Shown here one piece after another: positions 1 through 8,575 of a stretch of 64,000 nucleotides of DNA. The notes under the pieces are model-generated. The model did no database searches. It was not told the DNA's origin and saw only the letters and a list, made by a program, of their open reading frames with translations. Each line of letters starts with the position of its first letter. The first letter of the stretch is position 1. Position numbers and translations under genes: made by a program. The DNA comes from Hamiltosporidium tvaerminnensis FI-OER-3-3. Lineage: Eukaryota > Fungi > Microsporidia. Where the stretch lies: NCBI GenBank assembly GCA_022605425.2, contig CM061252.1, positions 806,001-870,000 on the forward strand, written 5' to 3'.

Positions 1-39
1 GATAGTTAAATATATTTATTGTATGTAAAGAGTTAATAT

Positions 40-240
40 ACAGGGGGTGTTAGTAACTGAATGATTAGGTATCAGGGTGTTAGTAATACGAAGAAAAACA
101 AATATGATTAAAGGGGTTATAATCAATAGTATCGTAATTAAAGGGGTATAATTAATAGTATTAGAATTAAAGGGTGGTAGAATACTATTAATTAAAGGGG
201 TTATAATTAATAGTGATGTAAGTAAAAGGGTGTTAATCCT
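40..240 (+). repeat. G-form motif array (AGGGGTGTTA / AAAGGGGTTAT), ~30 bp spacing
   Basis: Motif copies at about 43, 75, 113, 141, 171, 197, 228. Confidence 0.75.
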
Positions 241-392
241 GATATAAATAAATTACTTTAATTAACACCTATTATTTTACGATAGAAACATATCACAAGT
301 GATATAAACCGTTAATAAACAACACCCTTTCGAATAACAGGTGTATCAACAATTTGTTCCTTAAAAATTCGTATTAAATTTTCAACCCCTTT

Positions 393-1274
393 ATGCTTCC
401 TTCAGATACAGACACCAGAAAAATAATACAAGAAAAGGAAGATGTAGAGAAGGAAGTGGACAAGAATAAAGAAGTGGTCAAGAATGAAGATTCAGAGAAG
501 AATAAAGAATCAGAGAAGAATGAAGAATCAGAGAAGAATAAAGAATCAGAGAAGAATGAAGAATCAGAGAAGAATCAAGAAGTAGCGAGGAATAAGGATA
601 AAGAAGTAGAGAAGGAAGAAAAAAAGTTAGAAAAAACAGAAGAAAAAAACGAAGAAAAAGAAGAAAAAAAACCAAAAGGAGAGGAATTGAAAGAACAACA
701 AACCACAAAAGAACAAACAACTACACAAATTCCAATTACAAACACACAATCAACTACAACCGAACAAACTACAACCGTTCACCATAAAGAAAGTCCTTTT
801 CTTACTTCTTCAGTAATTAAAAAGAAAGAAATTGGAGTTGGAAGTGTAACAGACGAGGAGACAGAAAAAATTCAACAAAAATTTGATGAAGAGCATTTGA
901 AAGGAGAAATATTATTTAGAGGCAATTGTAAGCTATTTAGAATGAATGAATCGAAAGTAGTGACAAGAGGAGTTGGTAAGATTTATATAACGAAAGGAGA
1001 AAGTAATGGAATGGTAAGAATTGTAATGGTTAGAGATAAGTTAATGAAATTAGGTTGTAATCATTTTATAGAACCTTGGTCTGAAATTTTAGGACATGAA
1101 ATACATGAGAATACATGGGTTTGGTCTACGATAGGAGATACTATTGATGAAGTTAGTGATAAGCAACAAACTTATATTGTTAAGTTTAAAGAGGATAAAG
1201 AGGCTAAAGGGTTTAAAAATAGTTTTGAGATTGGAAAGGAAAATAACAGGGTGGTATTAGAGAGTAAGAAATAA
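393..1274 (+). CDS. Ran-binding domain (RanBP1/RanBD) protein with acidic repeat N-terminus; Yrb1/Yrb2/Nup2-like
   Basis: C-terminal KLFRM..RGVGKIYI..VRIVMVRDKLMKLGCNHFI..WVWS..YIVKFK..F is the RanBD pattern. N-terminal EKNKES/EKNEES repeats and a Thr-rich tract. CCCC at 386-389 before the ATG; AATAAA (1270-1275) overlaps the stop. Confidence 0.88.
   Translation: MLPSDTDTRKIIQEKEDVEKEVDKNKEVVKNEDSEKNKESEKNEESEKNKESEKNEESEKNQEVARNKDKEVEKEEKKLEKTEEKNEEKEEKKPKGEELKEQQTTKEQTTTQIPITNTQSTTTEQTTTVHHKESPFLTSSVIKKKEIGVGSVTDEETEKIQQKFDEEHLKGEILFRGNCKLFRMNESKVVTRGVGKIYITKGESNGMVRIVMVRDKLMKLGCNHFIEPWSEILGHEIHENTWVWSTIGDTIDEVSDKQQTYIVKFKEDKEAKGFKNSFEIGKENNRVVLESKK
480..578 (+). repeat. 18-bp coding tandem repeat (EKN[K/E]ES)
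   Basis: gagaagaat(a/g)aagaatca units, about 5 copies, inside the RanBD gene. Confidence 0.85.
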
Positions 1275-1504
1275 AGGGTTTTAAATAAATATATATTTTA
1301 TTTATTTGTTAATAAATAAATAAAGGGGTGTTAATTATAAGTATATTTAGGTGTTAAATTACTAGTAAATTGTAATGTGAAATAACACCCCTTTAATTAT
1401 ATATAAAAAAAATTATTTGACATTGGTAATAGCTATATTCTTATTGAATAGGGGTTTTAAGGTTATTATATTTTAAAACCCTTTTAACTATACATAACCT
1501 ATTA

Positions 1505-1752
1505 ACTTGTTTAACACCCTTTTAAATATACTTAACTTTTTATATTGTTTAACACTCTTTTAACTACTAGCAATCACAGTGTTTTTTAACACCCCTTTAA
1601 GCTGCATTACTTTTCCTGTTGTTTAACACCCCTTTAAGCATACATAGCTTATCAAGTTGTATAACACCCCTTTAAGCATACATAGCTTATCAAGTTGTAT
1701 AACACCCCTTTAACTGTACAACTAATAACGTGCTTATTTAACACCCCTTTAG
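1505..1752 (+). repeat. C-form motif array, TTTAACACCCCTTTAA core at ~38 bp period
   Basis: Seven AACAC(C/T)C cores between ~1509 and ~1745; the 38-bp unit aacacccctttaagcatacatagcttatcaagttgtat is repeated exactly twice. Confidence 0.85.
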
Positions 1753-1925
1753 TAATACCTCTTACAATACACCACTTTAAAACACAAAACCTTTTTACTG
1801 TAAATAAAACCCTCTAACTGTTTCAGTAATTTACTGATAAGAAATATAAATTTTATTGGTATTTTTTGTAGCATAAAAAAGGAAAAGAAAGGAGAAAGAA
1901 AAAAAAAGTAAAAAAAAAGTTAAAA

Positions 1926-3800
1926 ATGGTAGAATTAGACAAACTTAGAAAGAAACTAGACAGAACAATACAAAGTTACCACGACAAACGAAGAGAAAAA
2001 GAACTTCACAAAATGAAAAAAGTACACGAAGAAATAACCAGAATATCACGAATATTTCAAAAATTTCAAAATAATTTACACACAGATATTTTACAAATAG
2101 ATGTTTTTGAGAAGAAAGCAGGAGATATCAAAAGAAAGATAGAAAGCAGATTACTTCATTTTAAAGATTATATTTATTGTGAATTGATTAGATATGTGGA
2201 ATTTAAAGAAAAATCTGAAAAATATATTTTTGAAGGAAACGAAAGTGTAAATGAAATTGAACAACACAAAAATGTAGTTTTAGGTGAAATCAGTGAATAT
2301 TTCAGTGAAAAAGACGAAGAAGTTAAAATTTGTATGTTCAAAGTTATAAAAGGAAACCTAAAATTCCTTAAAAATATTATTTTAAGAAACGAAGAGCAAT
2401 TACAAGAAAAGAAAATAAATTCAGTAAATGAAATGAAAGGAAATCAAGTAAATGAAATGAAAGGAAATCAAGTAAATGGAGACCTAGTAAATAGAAATCA
2501 AGAAAATCAAGTAAATACAAACCTAATAAATACAAATCAAGAATATCAAGAAAATGAAGTAAGAACTGATGAAATGAGTAATAATCAATCAAATAACCAA
2601 AATATAAAATCACACGAAAACCCTTCAAACAACTCCTTCTTCGACACAAATATTTGTTTTTCAAAACATAAAGAAGAAGAAATAAAAAAAGAAATTCAAA
2701 TAAATTTTGAAAGACTTTTTTCCAATATTTTTGACATAACTTTATTTACAGGAGAATTTATGGAACAAATACATGAAAACAAAGAAGAATCATTAAAAAC
2801 CAAAGTACATCCGTGTATGCACAGGTTTATTTCAAGTAGTGATGAATTTTCTTCTAAAAGTAAATTTAATTTAGAAAATAAAAAACAGAAAAGTAAAATA
2901 CAAATTTATTCTAATGAAGATAAAACTAACAGTATTGTAGAATTTCTTAAAGATTATTATTATAGAACCAACCAATCCAGCCCTACAAAACCAAATACAA
3001 TAGAAATGGGAAGAGGTGAAGGTATAGAAGGTGGGGGTATAGAAGGTGGGGAGATGAAAAATGGAGAAGTCAGGGAAGTAACTGGAAATATACAACAGGA
3101 GAATACAATACAGGAGAATATAATAAGAGAGAATACAATACAAGATAATACAATACAAGATAATACATTAAGAGATAATACATTAAGAGATAATATATTA
3201 AGAGATACCCACCCACCACACACCTCTAATAATCTCACTACTCACACACAGGAGACCAACCAAGAAACAAAACAAGAAACAAAGCACAGACTAAATTATA
3301 AAATACATCATTTATTAAGAATTCTATCTTTAGAAAGTCATAAATATTCATCAAAACTTCATAATTTTTTAGGTATAAAAATAAAAGAAATAGAAAATGA
3401 AAAAATAGAAGACAAATCACTTTCTATTCGTCAAACAGAAATAAATCAAAAAATATTTAAACTTTTTACTAAATTTGCTAAAAACCTACAAATAAATGAA
3501 GTATCTCTTTACTTAGATAGATGTACCAAATTACTTTATATTTTAAATCAAGATATTAAAGATAAACAATCTTCTTATAATATTATGTTTTTAGATTCTG
3601 TAGAATCTATTATTAAACAAGGATCTTTACAAGAAGATAAAAGATTTATTACTTTGATTGATGAATTGTTAAATAAAATATCAGAAAAAGAAACTCCTTT
3701 GTTTTTTAAGGTAGGTGTTAATTTAGAGTTGTGTAAGAAATATGTTAAAGATATTGTTAGTCTTAAAGAGTTATTAAATAAAAGGAGTACAGATATGTAA
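1926..3800 (+). CDS. Hypothetical protein (624 aa), helical/coiled-coil with low-complexity insertions
   Basis: Long uninterrupted ORF in AT-rich DNA. VNEMKGNQ, IEGG and (E/D)NT(I/L)(Q/R) repeats interrupt the helical segments. No family recognised. Confidence 0.8.
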   Translation: MVELDKLRKKLDRTIQSYHDKRREKELHKMKKVHEEITRISRIFQKFQNNLHTDILQIDVFEKKAGDIKRKIESRLLHFKDYIYCELIRYVEFKEKSEKYIFEGNESVNEIEQHKNVVLGEISEYFSEKDEEVKICMFKVIKGNLKFLKNIILRNEEQLQEKKINSVNEMKGNQVNEMKGNQVNGDLVNRNQENQVNTNLINTNQEYQENEVRTDEMSNNQSNNQNIKSHENPSNNSFFDTNICFSKHKEEEIKKEIQINFERLFSNIFDITLFTGEFMEQIHENKEESLKTKVHPCMHRFISSSDEFSSKSKFNLENKKQKSKIQIYSNEDKTNSIVEFLKDYYYRTNQSSPTKPNTIEMGRGEGIEGGGIEGGEMKNGEVREVTGNIQQENTIQENIIRENTIQDNTIQDNTLRDNTLRDNILRDTHPPHTSNNLTTHTQETNQETKQETKHRLNYKIHHLLRILSLESHKYSSKLHNFLGIKIKEIENEKIEDKSLSIRQTEINQKIFKLFTKFAKNLQINEVSLYLDRCTKLLYILNQDIKDKQSSYNIMFLDSVESIIKQGSLQEDKRFITLIDELLNKISEKETPLFFKVGVNLELCKKYVKDIVSLKELLNKRSTDM

Positions 3801-3814
3801 ATAAGAGGATTTAT

Positions 3815-4385
3815 ATAAGAGGGTGTTAATGACTGTAGTGTAAATAAGAGGGTTTTAATATAAAGAGTAGTAAATAAGAGGGTGTTAGTGACTGTAGTGT
3901 AAATAAGAAGGTGTTAATATAAAGAGTAGTAAATATAAGGTGTTAATGACTGTATTTATAAATAAGAGGGTGTTAATATAAAGAGTAGTAAATATAAGGG
4001 TTTTAATGACTGTAGTGTAAATATAAGGTGTTAATACAGTACTAATACTTATAAGGGTGTTATTATACTACTAATAGATAAGAGGGTGTTAACACACTAC
4101 TAATACTTATAAGGGTGTTATTATACTACTAATACTTATAAGGGTGTTAATATAAAGAGTAGTAAATAAGAGGGTGTTAACACACTACTAATACTTATAA
4201 GGGTGTTAATATAAAGAGTAGTAAATAAGAGGGTTTTAATACAGTACTAATACTTATAAGGGTGTTATTATAAAGAGTAGTAGTAAGAGGGTGTTAACAC
4301 ACTACTAATACTTATAAGGGTGTTATTATACTCCCAAATATAAGAGGGTGTTAATCCCACACTAATACTTATATGGGTGTTATTA
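3815..4385 (+). repeat. Composite minisatellite: ~20 units of TAAG(A)GGGTGTTAA core plus a few alternating linker types, ~29-30 bp period
   Basis: Cores at about 3821, 3850, 3880 ... 4346, 4375. Linkers gactgtagtgtaaa, ataaagagtagtaaa and cacactactaatactt recur. Confidence 0.92.
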
Positions 4386-4914
4386 TACTACTTATACATA
4401 TAACACTGTTACTTATCCCAACCCTTTAATTATATTTCTCTTTAAATAGAATAACTCTTCTTTATTTTATAGAAAATATATTTTTAAATAAAGAATTTCA
4501 TTTAAACGCATAAATAAATTAAAATTTTAAGAATTTGAAAAGAGAGTTAGTGGTTCTTATTGTTACTGACAATATCTAGGGTTAGTATTACTTGTGTTAT
4601 TAATACTGTTATTACTACTCTTATCACTAGTATGGTTATTAATGTTGTTATTAGTGTTGTTACTCTTATTATTATTATATCTCTTATCATTAGTATTATT
4701 AGTATTATATATCTTATCACTAGTATTATTAGTATTGTTACTAACACCCCCTACTATAACCACATACTACTACTCCCCTAACCCTTTATCATCACCCTAA
4801 CCCCTTTCACCTCCCCCTTTTTCCCGTTTTTCATTAAAGATTATCAAATTCCAAAAAAAGAAAAAATTTTCTCCTTTTTAAATATAAATCTCTACACCGT
4901 AAAAGGAACCCTAT

Positions 4915-6630
4915 ATGTTATCTTTTTTAAAGAAAATATTTAAAAAAAGAAAAGCTGAAGACTTTGACAAACCAAAACTTATTTCTACAGATTTCACTTT
5001 ACTTTATTTGTGTGACACTGAACATAAAAGAAAAACAGATTTTATTGGTATTTCAAGTGACAAAAAGACTTTAATTTCGTATTCTTACAGCAGAAGAAAT
5101 TTTGAATATAAAATTACAACAAATCTTAAAATCAGTGAAGATGACGTGTATTTTATAATTCCATGTGATTTTACCTGTGACAGTTTATTAGATTTTTTAA
5201 TTATTTGTAAAAAAGATAATAAATATAAAATGAAACTTTGGTCTAAAAATACGTATTTAGAAATACCAGATGGTGTAAGAATGCCTGTATTGTTTACTTA
5301 CAGTTTGAATTATAGACCTGCACTTCTAATTCAAACTGAAAATGGATTTATAATTTTACATTCTTTTTCAGATACAAAATATGAAAAAATAGATTCTAAA
5401 ATTACAGGAAATTTATCTGAAAATCATTCAAGTGCTTTTATAGATGTAAATGGTGATTTAAAACCAGAATTGGTTTTAATTATGGAAGAGGAAAATAAAA
5501 ATAGAATTGAAATTTATAAATTTGAAAAAGGAGATTTTAATAAAATTGAAAGTAAAGATATTATTGTTAATAAAGGAGGACCAATGGTATTTGCTGATTT
5601 TACTAGAAAAGGAACCAATGATATTGTTTTTGTAACAAAAGAAGAAAATTTTTGGTTTTTAAATATTTTAATAAATTGTAGAACTCCTTTAAAAACTAAA
5701 ACTTATAAACAAGGACTTAACTGGGATATGATTGGTAAAGAAGTAGAGAATTGGGGATATAAAACAGATGATCCGTTATTTAATATTAAAATAAATTTAG
5801 AAGAAATGTTTCCAGAAATGGTTCCTGTGATAGAAACAGAAATGATAGGAAATTCTCCAAGTGGAATATTTATAGGGGATTTGGATATGGATGGATTACC
5901 AGATATTCTATTAATAATGGAGAAACAAGGTAACAGATATGTAAAAATATTACAGAATACAGGAGAAAGTGGTAGTAAAATGTTTAAACCAGCAGAATTT
6001 GCTACAGAGATACAAAAAATGACAGGTATAATATCAGTATCACCCTGTGATCCTGAAAATACGGGTAGAACAGGAATTATGATAAATCATTTGGTAGATG
6101 GAAAACCTAGATTGTCTTTTTCTCAAAATAATTTTTCAGTTGAAAATTTAAAACTTTCTGCTCTCACAATTTCTCCGGACACAAAAAAAAGATCTTATTC
6201 GTCTGGAATTCCCGGTATTTCATATTTATTTACAAATGCAGATGAAAAATTGTTGTGGTTTGGGTGTCAAATGCCACAATCTTCTTTTTTACATTTACAG
6301 TCACCAAATGTGTATTGGGGATTAGGAAATATGAATTTATTAGTTGATAAAATGTACGTTACTGGTCCACAATCCTCAAAATATCAGTCATATCAAATAA
6401 ATAACAATTTTATACCAAATTCTGATTTGGTTTTCAGACCAATAACTCCAAGTAAAATAGAAATCGATTTATTTTTAAATTTAGGAATGTATGCTTTGTT
6501 TGTATCGATAGTTGTTATATGTGTTATGGTTATAAATATTATTTTGGTATTTATTTTTCATTTTAGAGAAAAAAGAAAAATTAAAAAACTAGAAAAAGCA
6601 GAAGAATCGATATTTTTTAGAGCGCTGTGA
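4915..6630 (+). CDS. ITFG1: ITFG1/LINKIN (T-cell immunomodulatory protein)-like FG-GAP repeat membrane protein
   Basis: FG-GAP-type Ca-binding loops (DFTCDSLLDF, DVNGDLKPEL, DFTRKGTNDI, DLDMDGLPDI). HSSAFIDVNGD and QMPQSSFLHLQSPNVYWGLG match recalled LINKIN motifs. C-terminal TM helix plus short tail HFREK..FFRAL. CCC at 4909-4911. Confidence 0.85.
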   Translation: MLSFLKKIFKKRKAEDFDKPKLISTDFTLLYLCDTEHKRKTDFIGISSDKKTLISYSYSRRNFEYKITTNLKISEDDVYFIIPCDFTCDSLLDFLIICKKDNKYKMKLWSKNTYLEIPDGVRMPVLFTYSLNYRPALLIQTENGFIILHSFSDTKYEKIDSKITGNLSENHSSAFIDVNGDLKPELVLIMEEENKNRIEIYKFEKGDFNKIESKDIIVNKGGPMVFADFTRKGTNDIVFVTKEENFWFLNILINCRTPLKTKTYKQGLNWDMIGKEVENWGYKTDDPLFNIKINLEEMFPEMVPVIETEMIGNSPSGIFIGDLDMDGLPDILLIMEKQGNRYVKILQNTGESGSKMFKPAEFATEIQKMTGIISVSPCDPENTGRTGIMINHLVDGKPRLSFSQNNFSVENLKLSALTISPDTKKRSYSSGIPGISYLFTNADEKLLWFGCQMPQSSFLHLQSPNVYWGLGNMNLLVDKMYVTGPQSSKYQSYQINNNFIPNSDLVFRPITPSKIEIDLFLNLGMYALFVSIVVICVMVINIILVFIFHFREKRKIKKLEKAEESIFFRAL

Positions 6631-6811
6631 TTTAGGATTTAGGATTTAGGATTTATGATTTATGATTTAGGATTTATGATTTAAGATTTAGGATTTATGA
6701 TTTATGATGTAAGATTTAAGATTTAAGATTTAGGAATTATGATTTATGATTTAGAATTTATGATTTAGGATTTAGGATTTAAGATTTAAGATTTAAGATT
6801 TAAGATTTAAG
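6629..6811 (+). repeat. Heptamer tandem repeat GATTTA(G/T/A), ~26 units, telomere-like (TTTAGGA)
   Basis: Starts at the TGA stop of the FG-GAP gene; variants gatttag, gatttat, gatttaa. Confidence 0.92.
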
Positions 6812-6866
6812 TAAAAAAGATTTATTTATTTTTTATTTTAAATTATAATTTTAGTATTTCTTAAAC

Positions 6867-6962
6867 AGTTCAATTATTAGTTCAATTATTAGTTCAATTA
6901 TTAGTTCAATTATTAGTTCAATTATTAGTTCAATTATTAGTTCAATTAAAAGTTCAATTAAA
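6867..6962 (+). repeat. 12-bp tandem repeat AGTTCAATTATT x8
   Basis: Read directly; the last two units end in AAA. Confidence 0.95.
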
Positions 6963-7076
6963 AGTTTATTTGATATTTAAATTAATAACTTATTTAAAAA
7001 TTTAATATTTTTTTTTTATGATTAAATTTATTGTAAAATTCATAGTTCGTTGAAAAATTCTATGTTTTAGTTTTAA

Positions 7077-7232
7077 ATTTAAATTCCAAATAAATTTTTA
7101 AAGAAACTATTAAATAAAAGATTATTATTTAAATATCATATAAAAGCCATAATGTACTGTATTTAAATTCCAAATAAATTTTTAAAGAAACTATTAAATA
7201 AAAGATTATTATTTAAATATCATATAAAAGCC
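7077..7232 (+). repeat. Direct repeat, 72 bp identical, 84-bp period
   Basis: atttaaattccaaataaatt...ataaaagcc at 7077-7148 and 7161-7232. Confidence 0.92.
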
Positions 7233-7404
7233 TTAATAATCTGTATTGATTATTAATATTTGGTATAATAGACAGGTTTAATCTTTAATTTTATTAGTAA
7301 TATTTTTATAAGAATTTATTTCTTATAAAACAGAAAAAATTACTAAAATTAATTTAAAGTATATTTCTACTCAAATTTTTAATATTTTAAATAAAAAAAT
7401 ATAA

Positions 7405-7618
7405 AACAGTAAAAACAACTGTTGGTATTTGAGGCTTAGAAGTAAAAGTATAAAAATGGTAAAATTATTTTAACCAAGAATTTTATTAAATGAGCAAGTA
7501 TGAACAGCAAAAAAAACTTTTGGTATAGAGGTATTTGAGGCTTAGAAGTAGAAGTATAAAAATGGTAAAATTATTTAAACCAAGAATTTTATTAAATGAG
7601 TAAGTATGAACAGTAAAA
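7405..7618 (+). repeat. ~100-106 bp tandem duplication; each unit contains the retrotransposon 3'-UTR
   Basis: 7424-7507 and 7530-7613 are near-identical. 7451-7491 and 7557-7597 match the reverse complement of ~51338-51380. Confidence 0.8.
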
Positions 7619-7902
7619 TTATTAAATTCTTATTTCTATTTCAATAGCTGATAATTCATTTATTTTAAATTAGATGAATTTGCTTACTAAAGTTATAAAA
7701 AATAATAATTCCTACATGATAAGTATTAAAATAATTTAGAATCTAATGATTTATTTACTATGGATTGTGTATTTAATGATTGATTTGTTTATTTAATAAT
7801 ATTTTTTTTTTATGATTCATTGGTATATTAATATTAATTAGACGAGATTATAGTTTATAAATACGGTTTTTAATATTTTTATAAAAAATTTTAAGATTAT
7901 TT

Positions 7903-8086
7903 TTATATTGTTTATATACTATTTATATACTATTTATATATTGTTTATATACTATTTATATATTGTTTATATACTATTTATATATTGTTTATATACTATT
8001 TATATATTGTTTATATACTATTTATATATTGTTTATATACTATTTATATATTGTTTATATACTATTTATATATTGTTTATATACTA
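7903..8086 (+). repeat. Minisatellite of alternating 11-mers TTTATATATTG / TTTATATACTA
   Basis: Read directly; accounts for the spurious N-terminus of ORF 7908..8195. Confidence 0.92.
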
Positions 8087-8575
8087 TGATCTATATTTAA
8101 ATGAATTAGACTTTATTAATAAGTGTAGTGTTGAGATAATTTCTTATGTGATAAAGCTGAACGGTATTGTAAAAAAACAAACGAATGTTTCTTAAATCCT
8201 ACAAATACCAATGAAGTTTAAAGCATGTATTTAGTTGATAGTACTGAAGAAAACTATTGAAAGGTATCATTTGGTCAAAGAAGAAAAATTTAGTCCAGAA
8301 TAAATTATGTAGAGTGCTGAGAAAGAACTCAGAGTTTTTGTAAAGTGCTGTGATGCATATGGAACTAAAAACTTTACTTCAAGACAAGTTAGTACCCAGA
8401 AATAATGTTAGAAAAGTAAATATGAAAAAGTTTTTATTTTAGATTTCAGATGAAGGAAACATCACTATAGAACATACGATAAATATATAGAAAATAAGAA
8501 TATTAAAAAAGAATTTGATATGGTTAAGAGACAAGATATAATAAAGTAAAGAGGGAAAACCATTGGTAAACAAAA
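8086..8575 (+). mobile_element. Degenerate 5'-truncated copy of the RLE non-LTR retrotransposon (3' end only)
   Basis: YDLYLNELDFINKCSVEIISYVIKLNGIVKK aligns to YDLLANELGLIYKCSVEIIPYVMTWDGIVTK of the intact ORF. Continues through atagtactgaagaaaactattgaa (IVLKKTIE) with stops and frameshifts. Confidence 0.85.

Noticed and set aside
3815-4385. CRISPR array
   Set aside because: The 'spacers' are ~14 bp and reused, there are no cas genes, and the context is eukaryotic; it is a minisatellite.
478-4800. Short antisense or overlapping ORFs (478..720, 2377..2664, 2871..3420, 4547..4800)
   Set aside because: Shadows of low-complexity coding repeats or of TTA/GTT-rich simple sequence.
7908-8195. 95-aa ORF as a gene
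   Set aside because: Chimera of a minisatellite and a retrotransposon fragment.
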